From NCBI GenBank assembly GCA_036172245.1, contig JAYWIR010000092.1, forward strand, positions 1 through 64,000: a stretch of DNA of 64,000 bases. Reading direction: 5' to 3'. Shown one piece after another: positions 35,230 through 47,415 of the stretch. Under the pieces are notes generated by a model that did no database searches, was not told the origin of the DNA, and saw only the letters and a program-made list of their open reading frames with translations. Positions within the stretch are counted from its first letter, which is position 1. Each line of letters begins with the position of its first letter. The stretch is from Raillietiella orientalis. Its lineage: Eukaryota. Both the position numbers and the translations under genes were made by a program.

Positions 35230-37810
35230 CGTCCGTCTGCTCTCCGACGATTAAAGCCGCCCGAGGGAGCGCGCCCTGCCCATCGAGATGTGCGCGTTGG
35301 TGCACGCCGCCAACTTGATTGTCAGCGAACCTGGAATGAAAGGATCGCTCGATCACGTTTTCCTCGATGAAAACCTGCATGCGCTTGTGGGTAGGAGAGT
35401 AAGATTGCTGACTGGGCTTTCTGTCAACAATCTTACTACAGGTTGGGGTTTGAGCTCCTTCCGCCAGACAAGGAGCCTTCCTTGCAAAACTGGAGGATGC
35501 AGGCGGATTGGCGTAGCCAACCGGAGGCTGCGGAGCATCTATGTGGACACATTCGAGGCTTTGCCATTCAAGAACTTGCGGACTGGGACGATCTCAAAAG
35601 ATCTGTCCGCGAGTTCTGGTGCCAATTCCCCTTAAACCGGCTTCCACGCGGTTTCGAAGAGGGCGTGGCAAACAGTAGAGACTTCCAGCAGGCCCGCACG
35701 TTTTCGAGTCGCGCGGATGTAGGGCGTCCCGCGGAGTACAAGGCGAGGGCCGAGCGCCAGGTCTGGCAGTCCGGAGCAGTATTTCTGTTGAACGACAAGG
35801 GCCAGGAATGTTGGGTCCCAGCCGAAGTACTCCGCATTGTGAGACGCTACTTCTCCTCGCTCTACGCCTAATCCTCGACGGAGGATATTCTTTCTGAGAT
35901 ACTCCTGTCGCAGGAGGCTTCTGTTGTCGGCGGTGTTGAACGCGAACGTCTCCACGAGACCTTCACGGTTGATAATTTTCGTTGTCCATCGCTGAGCTGA
36001 AGAGACGAAAGGCGCCAGGCGAGGATGAGCTATCTGCATCAGTGCTTTGCATTGGAGCTCATCATCTTTATGCTGAGACTCGCAATGCTGATGAGGGAAT
36101 CCGGGAATGTACCAAATTCCTTCCGCTCAGGGAAGGTGCGGCTTCTCCCGGAAAGGAGGACACTTGCGCCATCTTAACAACTAGCGTCCGATCACTTTGG
36201 TGAACTCGGACGTCGACTTGTTTTCCAAGCTGTGAGTCGCGCGGTTAGGAAGTATCGCGGAATCTGTGGTGAGCCCGGAACAAACCTACGCGGTTCCCGG
36301 ACGATCCATGGAGGCGAACATCCTTTTCTCGAGTTCCTGGATGTAGCTGCAGGAAGTCGTGGCTCAGCAAAGCCTGGCTGCGGCGGAAGTCGCTACCACA
36401 AGCAAGAAGAACAGGCGCCGACGGCAGGAGAGTACGCCAGGTGCCTTGGCGGTCGCGGTTGATCTCCACATGGCATTCGACTGCGTAAACCAGAGGCTCC
36501 TCTTGGAGCTCTTGAAACTCCTTGGATTCCCGGCGCATCACCTTCTTTACTTGCGCGCATGCTGGCGCCACGCGCTGACCCCCGTTACTTTCAGCGGCTG
36601 TCGCGTGTACGGTATTCCCATGCGTTGGGGCACTTGGCAAGGTGATGGCGGCTCCACGTCGAGATGCTGGTTTGTGTATCCGGACAATGAAGCCAATCGG
36701 ACTGCACGTGCAGTTCCGCCTTCTGCCACTGTGTGCCAAGCTATGGACATCCTCTCTGTGTGTGCCTGCGTGCATTCTACTGCGGAGATGTGCCTGAAGT
36801 GGAGGACTGCTCTCTCTATTGCTGGGCTCGCAATACAGGAAGCGAGGTTTCGTTTATCCTTTCTGGCAATTGGCCGCAATTCTGGAAGTTTACACGTGGA
36901 TCTCCTGCCTCTCAATAATCTTCAACGCTTGTCGGCAGGTGTCTGTTGAATCCAAGGCGACGTTTCATGGAATGCTCCCTGAAGATCTTTGCTCTTGCGC
37001 CATCTTCTTCCGCGACCTTTGGAAGACGTACTGCAGGGCGAAGTGAAGTTTTCTACCCTGGCTGTCCCACCTCCCGCCGCAGCGCTGTCTGCCCTCAAGC
37101 TAAGAAACGACAGTTGCCAACCGGCGAAGCTGGAAGTTTCCTGCAGGATAGGGGGAAAAAGAAAACTCCTTGATGCCTGGAAAACGAGTAAGTTGATGGA
37201 CGCCGCTACTACTCGTTCTACTACAAATGGACTTCTACGGTTGGCAGAAGAACTTGGTGTCACCCATGAAGAACTTGTAGTCCCTCCACAGTGTGTTGAC
37301 AGTTCGCTGCTTCCCCTTGCTTTGAAACAAGCCGTGCTACTCTTTGTTTACTGAGGATTTCAGTGCAACGAGCGTTGGCATCGTGACTGAGGGGGACTTG
37401 CGTCTGCGAACTGCGTTCGGTGCGGATCAACGGAGTCGATTCCGCACCTACTTCTGGACTGCGGTGTCCTACAAGGACCATGGCGGAGGCTGGCAACAGC
37501 ACTGTCCCATCCCCTGGGCATCGCAAGAGACTTGCTGCGATGTTACTTCACGCCCAGAGGGCTGGCTACATGCGCAAGGAATGCAACTATCACTCCATCT
37601 GCGAGAGGACGACTGTGCAGGAGGAAAGGATTAAAATCTTCTTTTGGGAAGGTTTCGCGGGTTTCTTTCGCCCACTCAATTTCACACGGATCTGCGAGAA
37701 CCATAACGGTTTATTTGTAATTATCTTTCTCACCTGCATTCACCCGTCTTCCTTCGTGTCGCAGTTATCTTTGCCAACCTGAGATGGCACTGCGTACGCG
37801 GATATAAGAG
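35230..37810 (+). mobile_element. Decayed family C-like ORF2 with an internal deletion removing the YADD region (~36645)
   Basis: LDHVFLD, DWDDLK, AVAVDLHMAFD, QGD, then a jump to APRRDAG-like sequence; LKQAVLLF near 37330. Confidence 0.8.
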
Positions 37811-37829
37811 GCGTTGCCTTGGCTTCCTC

Positions 37830-39342
37830 TTGGAGTGCTGCTTCCGCGCAGGCGCACGCCACTTGCTTGGCGATCGCGAGAGGCGCTGCCACTTGCTAAT
37901 CGGAGGGTTCGCGCGTTGCCTTTGCGACCGTCAGGGGCGCTGCTGTAGCGGTTGTGCTCGCCCTAGCAGTTTCCTCCGTTTCCGCGGTAGACGCTGCGTC
38001 CGCGCGCGAGGGTTGCGGGTTTGACGGTTGTTTCGTCGCGGCAGTCGGCGCCTGGGGCACCTTCGCCGCAGTAGGTTCAGACGGCTCGGAGCTCTTGGAC
38101 CGCGGGCTCGATTTTCCCGCATTGGGCGAGCGACCGCATTCCTCGCCGCTTGACGATTCCTTGGTACGGGGCTTCTGGGTCACAATGCCAACCTTAAGAG
38201 GCTTTTTGGCCTTCGGAGCAATCTCTTCTGTTTAGCGAAATTTGCTGCGAGGTCTCGTAGAAGAGTCGCATTCTTCGCGCCTTTCCATCGGCTCGGTAGC
38301 CTGAGGAATCGCCGGTACGGTTTTTTTTAATGTTTTCCTCCCCTTTTCTGTGAAGGGAAGAAATACTTTTCTGCGCATGTGCGCTCGCGTTTTTCGCGAA
38401 GCTCTTCGAAGTTTTATGCTTTTCTTCCTCGAGTCGCGGCGTTTATTTCGAGATGCGATACGCTCTTTGTTCCTGCGCTTTCGGTTTCTTTTGAAAGGAG
38501 CTCCGGGCACGTTTTTTTTGTGGGCCCAGGCTGCTTGCAGTAACGGCAAGTGGCCGAGGGACACTTCATAATGCGGTGACCCTCCTGCCCGCATTCAGCG
38601 CACACACATGTTTGCCTTGCAACCCACAGGCGGATGATCATTCCATCCACCTGCATTCGCGTGGGCATTGCCGGGCGATCCGCTATCGTCACTCGCACTT
38701 GCGCGAGCCAACTGTGGTGGTCTTCGAAACCCTCAGCAGAGTTTGGCACCCTCCAAAGCGCTTGGACGATGACGAATTTTTCAAGGTCCTGGCGTTACGA
38801 AAACCACTTGCTCACTCAACTCTCCCGTACAACCAATGACTGGTCCGTTGTGATGAGAGTATTTCCTGCCCTCAAATGAGCAGCGGCGTGTGCAGCAAAC
38901 GCTGCGTAAGGGGAATCTCCTTATTATACACTTCCCTGTAGCCGCCTCACACTCATGTGCATGATGGACTCCAGTTGGCCTTTTTGAACTCCAATTGGTT
39001 GGAGTTCCTGGCCAAACACGCGCCCAACCCGCTCATGCATAACGACACTTACCTTGTACCTGAGTGCAAGCGTGTAGCCATTTGCTACATGCGCCTGAAT
39101 TTCAAGGCTGCCGGGCGAAGGTCCCATAGCAACCGCGAGTGCAGTGACCTGGGCGAATGTCCTCGCGGTCGGCGAGCATAGTGATTCCTTGCTGGCAGAC
39201 GTCGCCGCCATCGGAGGATCAGGAGCCGTTCCCTTCTTGCAGCTAATGTTCTTCTTTGCTCCCATTGCAGCACAGAAGCACAGCAGAAGAAAAACACAGA
39301 AGGGTCAGTCTACCGTGAAACGACGCAAAAGCACGTCCGTAC
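37830..39342 (-). mobile_element. Divergent family E 5' end and decayed ORF1
   Basis: CAECGQEGHRIMKC and CRYCKQPGPTKKTC; GYTLALRYKV resembles GYNPPLLYKV; 5' motif CGGACGTGCTTTT at 39327-39339. Confidence 0.75.
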
Positions 39343-39509
39343 GTGGCCGGCGCTGACTTGATTTGCACCTGGTTGCTCCGATACGTCAATTTGTGAAAAC
39401 AAACCACAATCTTGAAGAGAATTCATCCCCTGAAAAAACAAGAAACGCCCATACAAAAAGTTCAACCTCGAAGGAACACCTGCTCGCAGGCCGGCTTCAA
39501 AAATAAAGG

Positions 39510-39899
39510 AAAGGTGGGCGGGAGATGGCAGATGTTCCCATTTCCTTCCGCTGAACAAAGGTGCTGCTACTGCCGAAAGGTGGGGATTTTCTCCAGCTCA
39601 ACAGCTGATGTTCAATCACCTTGGTGGATTCGGACGTTAAGTTGTACTTCAAGCTATGATCCGCTCGACTTGGAAGAATCGCGGAGTCCTTGTTATATCC
39701 GGAGCAGAGGTATGCTGTTCCGAGGCGGTCCATGGATGCGAATCTCCTCTTTCCGCGAACATGGTTCGAGTTGCAGTAGCGCGTGGGGCAGCAGAGCCAG
39801 GCAGCCGAAAGCGACCCTACCAAGAGCAAGCAGCGGTGCTTGAGGCAAGATGGAAAGCCAGGAGCCTTAGTGGTCGCCGTCGATCTCTACAAAGCGTTC
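39510..39899 (+). pseudogene. Decayed family C RT fragment ending at YKAF
   Basis: KVLLLPKGGD, ITLVDSDVKL, ALVVAVDLYKAF. Confidence 0.78.
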
Positions 39900-40439
39900 A
39901 GTTTTCACCCGGGTTTCTCCGGGCGTTTATTATAAAAACAAACTTTAACAAAGACGTGCAGTGGCTGCACCAGTGCTTCAGCCACGTAAGAAGAAACAGG
40001 GAGCCTGCTAGGTCACCGGTTCGCAGACCAATAGGATCCATTACAGCAGCAGCGGTAAGGGGGAAAAACAAAAAAATAAACAAAAAGAAAACAAAGAGTT
40101 GGTGTGAGCGGAAAGGGATGACGCTGCTGGGGCCGCTGCATCCTTCGCAGGATGCCGGCAAGCTCTTTCCGTATTTTAGGAACCAGGTGGGACCATCGCG
40201 ACGTTCTCCTTAAAAATTCGGCAGCATGCTGAATGGCACCCTTATCGCGGGGTCATCCCGCAGCTTTGCTCCAAGCAGCGACGATCCCACGTAGGCAGCA
40301 CAGCGCTGCTAACGCGGCCGCAGGCCGAAGGACGTAGGCAACGAAGAGGGCTTTCAATGCGTCCCTGGGGTTGCCGCAGGAGATTACGATAGTCTCGGCA
40401 AAGCGCAACCAAAGGCACCAAAGGACAACACAATCCACT
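39900..40439 (-). mobile_element. 5'-truncated family A LINE 3' end
   Basis: DCVVL...GNPRDALKALF...AALCCLRGIVAAWSKA matches 11918-12240; AATAAACGCCCGG...CCGGGTGAAAA terminus. Confidence 0.83.
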
Positions 40440-42522
40440 CATAAGGCGTTCCACTGCGTGGACTAGGTACTTTTCCTAAGCCTCCAGGATTGTATGAGCT
40501 TCCCACCCTCCTTACTGACCTTACTGCGAACTTGCTGACGCATTGCTATAATTTACGTTAGTTTTAGCTGTCAAATGGTGTACGGCATATCGGTCCGTCG
40601 GGGCATACGGCAGGGCGACGTCCTGATTGCCCTGCTCTTTAGCACCTACTTCCAGTTGATGCTGAGAGCTTACAGGGCGACTTAGGATGCCTTGCCGAGC
40701 TCGTGCACCGGTACGCCCACCGTATCCGAGTGCGCCGATAATCTTTAGCTCTTGTTGCCTATGTACTCGTCGTCAGCCGCAGTCGTGGACTTCTTCCATT
40801 TGCTGAGCCGTGGGACTGGACTGTGGGTGAACAGTTCAATGTTGTCGGTGATGACAGTTGGTGCGACGTTAGATGGACGGCTTGACTGGATCCGATTGGG
40901 AATTCCTACGGCTAGGTATCTGGAGTAACTTAGCGTCCCGTTGGAGAACTTCTGCCTCGTGGAAGCCTGGTCAGGTGGTCTCCGAAAAGTAGAGTTGGCG
41001 ATCGGTCCCTTCTTTGAATACAAGTATCTCCTTCCGGAACGGGCCGCGGTGTGAAACGCTTTCGCAACTCTCAACCTACCCCCCTGCTTTTGTTTGCCTC
41101 GTACCTCCCCAGTTGGAAAAACGAACAAAGGACCTCCTAAGAATTGCCTTTTGGGAAAGAGGTGAACCCTGACTTCCTTTGAAAAACTTGTGTGCTCCGC
41201 GTCGTGATGGCGGTCTCGGCCTCTTGACGCTGGAGAGAATGGAGATCCAGCTGCGAAGGCGCAGAATGAGTATCGCAGGGAAGTTATGGAGCACCCATTG
41301 GTATGTTGCGGCCTTCGTCTTGCCAGCCGTGTATCCGGGACTCCAGGATTCGCGTCAAATTTTTTGTGACATTGCCGCAATTTTCAAAGTTGCGGCCTTC
41401 TCCTAGGACGCATGGCCACCCTGCCTAAGGAGAAAGGCTGGATGGTGGGCAGCCCCGCAAACTCCTGCGCATAGCAGATGGAGATTTCTGGCACGTGGAG
41501 GAAGATAAATGAGAAGAGAAGCAAGATGTGGAAACGCCTGTAACACCGAACCTACGCCCGTTGCACTCTGCGGAACATACTCTATTGTCCTGTGAGGAGC
41601 ACATGGGCAGGGACAACCCCCCTAACTACGGCGATGCCTTCCTGAGGAGGGCGTTTTCCAGCAGCAGCATGCCTATGTGGTAAGTCTACTGCCGTATCGC
41701 AGGCAGAGAAAAGCTGATGAGCGGTTGGACCATGGTTGAGCTGGTGGCTGACACGACCAGAATTGTCCTCTTGCGTGGACTTTTGAGATGGGGGGAGTTG
41801 TTCGGCATCCCGTCGGATGCCCTCATGTGTTCGTCGGTTTTTATTGGTTCGAAGATTCTTCCCCTGGAGTGGCAGGAGTCGGCGCTTCTGTTGTTGCATT
41901 GGGGTCTACCCTGCAACCCGCAGCACCACCAGTGTGCACGGGGTAGAGTGAATTTTGCCTGCATCAGGTGTGGGGAATGGGAATCCCTCTCCCCACCTCC
42001 TCGTTGATTGTGTTGCTTTCCGACCTCTGTGGGTGAGCCTTGGTACCTTCCTACGGATCCAGGTAGGCAGCCATACCAGAGACATTTTGTGTCTCTTCGT
42101 GTAGGATGCCCTGCGTCCAGCCGCAGCCCTGACAGCACTCTGCTGTGTCCGAGGGATTGTTCCGTGCTGGATCGATGTTACAAGAACGAACCACTAGAAG
42201 GATGCCGTTGAACTTGCAGGCCACTACCCTCGGCTTGCGACCAGATGGCTCCAACTGCGAACTATAAGGGCGCACCTCGAAAGCATCTTGGAAAGGATGG
42301 ACCCTCCCTCCAGTGGACAGTGATTTCTTTCTCGCCCTCCCAGTTCTTTTTGTTTTTTCTTTTTCTTTTTTCCCCTATACCCGTCCGCTGTCCAGGAGAG
42401 TCACGCCGGTCTGCGTACCGGCGACCCGGCAGCTGCTGTAGTGTTGGTTGGCCGTAGTGGGCCCCTGTATCACAAATTATAGTGAATTTATAGTAAACAC
42501 ATAGGCGTGAACTGGTGGCAAC
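40440..42522 (+). mobile_element. Heavily decayed family B LINE from HKAF to the 3' end
   Basis: GIRQGD, LCAPRRDGGLGLL, WQESALLLLHWGLPCN, CIRCGE; 3' UTR stem at 42388-42432; ends GGTGGCAAC. Confidence 0.85.
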
Positions 42523-42860
42523 AAGTAAATTCGCTTCCGAATTCACTTCAATCATGGGACGCCAGTTGTCAACGTTGCGCAAGCCTCCTCCCTTGGGGAA
42601 GATACTTACTCTAACTGACCAGAATGAGTTGGGGACATTCCCACGTTCACGGACATACACAATTTGTACTTACAGAATTTGTGCACCAAGGGCACGAGCT
42701 CTGTCGCAAAGCATTGATGAAGTTCCTCTGGACGACCGTCTTCCCCTAATGACTTGTGTTTTTTTAATTTTAAGTAAACGGAGATTATCTCTGTCATCGT
42801 ATATTTGTGATGGAAGGTGTCAATTTTCTAGTCCCGGAGCGCGGGAGCACATTCATTCAG
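42523..42860 (-). pseudogene. Decayed RT N-terminal fragment
   Basis: KSLGEDGRPEELHQCF and PKGGGLRNVDNWRPMIEVNSEANLL. Confidence 0.78.
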
Positions 42861-43378
42861 CAGACGCTGGACAAAAAAGCGCTCAGATGTTTTCCTCGGG
42901 GTTGTCCGTCTTCTCTTCTTGCAGGACGCCTTGTTGCCAGCCGCAGCTCTGGCAGCACTCTGCAGGTATTGTGGTCATGCCATTCAGGAGGCATGAAGTG
43001 TATCCGAGCATAAAGATTCCAATGTAGCGGACGTAATAACGTATACCGTTCGCATCCTGCAGTGAGCTACCGACTGGCCCCAGCTGGGTGGATTAAAGAG
43101 GGACCTCGAGGGCGAGCTGCAAAGCATGGACCCTTCTTTTAGTGATTAGTAATCTATTTCTCGCCCTCCAACTTCTTTTTTGTTCTGCTGTCGTTTCATG
43201 TTTATTTTTATTTTTTTTCATCATTCTCTTCCACTGCTGGGGAGTGTCACGCTGGTCGGCGTTCCGTCCTCCGGACATATGTTGAGAAATGCTTGCCGTT
43301 CGTGGGGCCTTAGACCACGTTTCTTTAATGACTTTAAGCCGAGATTCAACAAACGTATGGGCGTACCTGTGTGGCAAC
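42861..43378 (+). mobile_element. Very decayed family B-like 3' end
   Basis: QDALLPAAALAAL, RDLEGELQSMDP, T-rich UTR, degenerate terminus ending GTGGCAAC. Confidence 0.68.
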
Positions 43379-43379
43379 G

Positions 43380-44447
43380 CGGCCTCCAGCTTGCTTTGTA
43401 GATTCTTCTACTGTCGTTTTTGTGGCTGGCTTCTGGATTCTTCCAGCATTTACTCTTGCTCTTTTGTAATTTTTTGTTCCTCGCGCCTTTCCCTTTTCTC
43501 ATTTTGGCAGCGGGTAGATACGGAGTTTCGCAATAAAGGTACATGGTGCGATGGTTGCTCTTCTCACTGCACAAGTTGCTTTGTATATTAGGGCACTGTA
43601 TAGGCAGATGCCATGTGGCGTTAGAGCGCCCACAATCATTGGGTGTGCCCACGTACCAGAGATCGACATTTTGGTAGCCAATGTGTAGCTTGTGAGATAA
43701 TCCACCATTCTCAGGCAGTGTGCCACGCGCTGCAGTCATCATCAAAACAGCCATCTCTACGTCTATCAGACGGGGAGGTTGCCTCATAGCGCGTTTACAG
43801 TAGCGTGTTTCGCAAAATCCGCATGGTCGCCAATTTTGCTCATGAGCAGTGTCACTCCTGTAAAGTGGACGACAACCGAACGAACCACCGACACATTGAA
43901 GACCTTGCGACCGTGCAACATATTGGAAGTGTTCAGTCAGCGCTGCGCCAGACTTGCATCTTTGCAAATCAGTTCGACTCGCTAACCCTTACTATGGACG
44001 AGAAACTCTCAAGGGTTTCCTATCACAATTTCAACCACGAAAGTTCCCATTCATACGAACGTGCAGTGTTCTCCTCAATGAGATTACCTTTCCCGTAGAC
44101 CAGGGACGGCTAGTAGCCTCTCGCATCCTAGGTTGTGGGTTTAACGATCTATGCAGCGATGCCGCTGCAACAACTAAGCTCCAGCTCATCGCCGGTGGCC
44201 GAGACGGTAGCGCAGTGGCAGTTGTCCTCGATAGCGATGAGACGGGTCCTTTGGATTCCATGGGATTGGATGCCACCACTTTCAATTGTGGAGCAGAGGA
44301 AATCATTTCTCCCTTCCTCATCTAAATTGCACTGTCTTGATGCATCGCCGCAATGGGACACCAGCAGTCCCACAAACCACACGACCTCAAAAAAAAAACC
44401 TTATCAACCACCAGTTCGCGGAGCGATCACAAAGCACATCCGATCGC
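43380..44447 (-). mobile_element. Very decayed family B-like 5' end and ORF1; last piece of the cluster
   Basis: GGLSHKLHIGYQNVDLWYVGTP resembles GLPHKLEVGKEPVDLWYVRKP; degenerate 5' motif GATCGGATGTGCTTT at 44431-44445. Confidence 0.72.
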
Positions 44448-47320
44448 AAAAAGAACTGTTTGGATTGCGGATGCCAATTGTGCATGATACGGAGAAAGAG
44501 AAACCTAAACTTACCTCCAATTCGACTGTCGGCCTGCGCCTCATGTGGATACAAAATTCGTCGATTTTGAACACCTGTCTGTGCGACTCAAAATACATTT
44601 TCGATCGTCTTCTCATTCGCAACACCATGCCAACATTCGCGTGTGTAGCAGTTCTTTGCTGAATACGCAGAATCCTGGAGAAGTGGACTCCGCCGAGGAT
44701 AGGACACCAAAGCCCGGTAGCAATTCATTGGGCAGTCATTTCCATGAAGAGGGCTTCTCAATGGCCCCGGTTGAGGAAAATTTTGCGGGCAGTTGTCCAC
44801 ATCCAAAAGTAGATGCACAGGCCTTCTCGCGGCATACCTTGATCCCTCCCTTTATTCCCTCTCCCTATAAAACTTTGGTATACATGTTTTTGTTTTGGTT
44901 TACTTTTTCTTTGTTTTGCTGCACAGTTCTTTCATTTAGAGACCCATAGCGGCCAGCAATTCCGTAAGGACAGGTGTAACAAATCAAATCAGAATTGTGG
45001 GTTCTGGCTCAAAAAAACTACAATAGAATTAGACTTTATTAGAAAGTTTATTGTGAAATCCGAATAATAATAAAATAAATAAGATAAAGAAATAATCTTA
45101 ATAATAAAATTTTAGTAATAAAAGATCCGGATTATCCGAGTGAAAATCAAGAAGACACCAAATGGATCAAATATTATCCAAGAGGCACAGATTCTTCTGA
45201 AAACACCGTGGAGAGAGTGCCACTAGAAAAAGAACATCCATAAATTCATAAGATGTCTCGCACGAAACTTTATTTAAAATAAACCAGTTGATTCTGATGC
45301 TTTCAATCGATGGTTTCAACACTTTGCACGCAGTGTTCTTCTAATAGAATACTGTTCTTGGCATGTTTCGGGGAACCTCACGCAACTGCTGTCTTTTCCC
45401 TGTCTTTCACGGTTTCTCGGTGCTTCTCTCGATATCTACCAGAGGGAAAGCACATTCCAGATAATCGGACTGGGCTGTACAGGAGAACGTGTTAGTTCAT
45501 ATGCGGGCTTGAGTTAGGGTGCAACAACGACCTCGGACGCCGGCAGCTGGAATCCGAGTTCAACGGCGTCCCTGATTTCACATTAAACAATTGCCACCCA
45601 CGCACGTAGTTTTCGTCTCTCCACGCTTTTCTTGAGTGCAGTACCGTTTTGGATGCTGGCCTCCCAGCAAAAAGTCACAATAGCAGTGAAGGATGTGTCA
45701 TCTGCCAATTTGCTTCTCAGGCAAGACACCAGGCCGTCTCTTTAGTAAATGCTTTGCCAGAAACGCCAGTTTTTGTCCAATCAAAGGAATGTTAATCTGT
45801 CTATGTGAAATGACCTCTGCTTCTACAAAAATTTTATATAGTTAAATCCTTAGTTGAATCCCTTTGCTAGAGTACTCTTAGCTCGTGGATACAGTATCGC
45901 TGGCGGTTTCGAATTGGTAGTTTTTCCGTACCTTCGATCTGAATTTTCTGCTTCTTAATGGACCTTTCTTCGGAGCAAAGTGAACGGAGTACATGTGAAG
46001 AATTTGAAGACTTATTCAGGGCACTGCCTGCAGGCAACGCTTTGGACCGACATTCTTCAGTGTGCGATAGAATGATAGGCAAGGAAGTTTAGGAATGTGT
46101 TCAATGAGATCGGAAACGACTGAGTACGTGCAGCAGGAATAGAACCCGTGCTGCCCTAACAACGGAAGGGTCTGATTCCAGGAAGCCGTTAACACGTGAG
46201 CGATAACCCGGTAGCCAAACGTGAACGGAAGCAATGTATCCTCTGCGTGCGTAACGCAACTCCATCCTTCGATAGGTCCTCGAAGTTCCTGCAAAGGATG
46301 CGTCGTGTGCAAGTCCTGAATCGCCAGCAAGCCAATCTCCCTTAAGCAGCACACGGACATCCGCCATACAACAAGATGGGTAGTTACTGTGGACACCGCA
46401 AAAGGAGAAGAGACCTAAGAAATTAAAGCACCTTCTAGAACACCAACTCTGCGAGTTTAAATGGTGGAAATCGTGAACTTACATGTTAATGTGTTCAACA
46501 AAGAATTGCGGCGAGAGACCTGCAGTGACTCTGTGCACATGAATTCCAGCATCTTTCCTTTAACGTGACAGAAGTCGGCACTCATGCTACTGCACTAAGG
46601 CCATCCGTGCAACACGCGATGGTATCACTGGACACGGGTGTGCTTGCAAGCTGTGGAGAGTGGGTACATCTTCCTCACCATCAAGATCACTATCCGGCCC
46701 AATTGCCTCTTGAGGTGTGCATTAACGGGAGAGCTCCCTTCGAATATTTGCGGATTGGAGATAATATTCTGCGACACAAAGCTATCCCTTGCCCAATCTC
46801 CCCATTTTTAAGCCTCTATGTTTTCCTTCGTCTACTTTTTTCTTGTGCCGTCGCAGAAATGTTTGCATGCCTATTGCTAGTTTCCTTCAGATTCCTGCTC
46901 GCAAATGCATGTAACGCAGCAGGGTCGAACGTTATGACACAGACATGAAGCATTTTATAAACAAACCTACCAGTTGACCTGATGTGAATTCATCCTTATG
47001 GTGTGAATCAAAAACGAATATGTAGGCAATATATGCTTTATTGCACGTTATGGAGACGCAAACGTATATTCCACTTCTATTTAGGTTTCTCTGCGCCTGA
47101 TGGAGTGAAAAACGCTAATAATACGCTGCACCAACCGTCTTCGTTAAAAAAGCACTCCAAACGAAAAGGTGTGGTTTGGGGCAATTTTATTTGATACGGT
47201 AAGCTCCTGGAACAGAACATGAGCCGAATGAAAGTTGTCTGATACACCCAACGTTTGCATTGCATGCACAGTTTTGCCGTAGATTCCTTTCTTTGCATCT
47301 GTTAGCCACATGTGCAGTCG

Positions 47321-47415
47321 GACCTCGAAATAGAACCGATGTACGATGAAGACATTGAAACGAAACCCAGTCGTATTTCGAGGTCGTTTCAACGTCTCTG
47401 TCGTACATCGGTTCT
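47321..47415. repeat. Long inverted repeat with an additional loop-complementary segment
   Basis: AGAACCGATGTACGA (47332-47346) is the exact reverse complement of 47401-47415; inner TTGAAACGA/TCGTTTCAA; GACCTCGAAATA (47321-47332) is the reverse complement of 47374-47385. Confidence 0.8.

Larger units (their letters stand above)
1..44450. mobile_element. Nested cluster of L1/Tx1-like non-LTR retrotransposons (working families A-E), open at the left edge
   Basis: Recurrent APE motifs (WNVNG, QEIH, NVYAP, GDFN, DHV, SDH), RT motifs (NWRPIT, KAFD, RQGDSLSPLLF, YADD, KYLG), C-terminal CxxC...HLLVDC and ORF1 CCHC knuckles on both strands with almost no spacer DNA. Confidence 0.97.

Noticed and set aside
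1..44450. Prokaryotic RT system (group II intron, retron, DGR) suggested by YADD
   Set aside because: The APE-RT-CCHC ORF2, knuckle ORF1, 5' truncations and a TSD define eukaryotic LINEs
1..44450. RIP-like hypermutation
   Set aside because: The copies remain GC-rich and CpG-rich and decay includes many indels; no dinucleotide-biased pattern is obvious by eye
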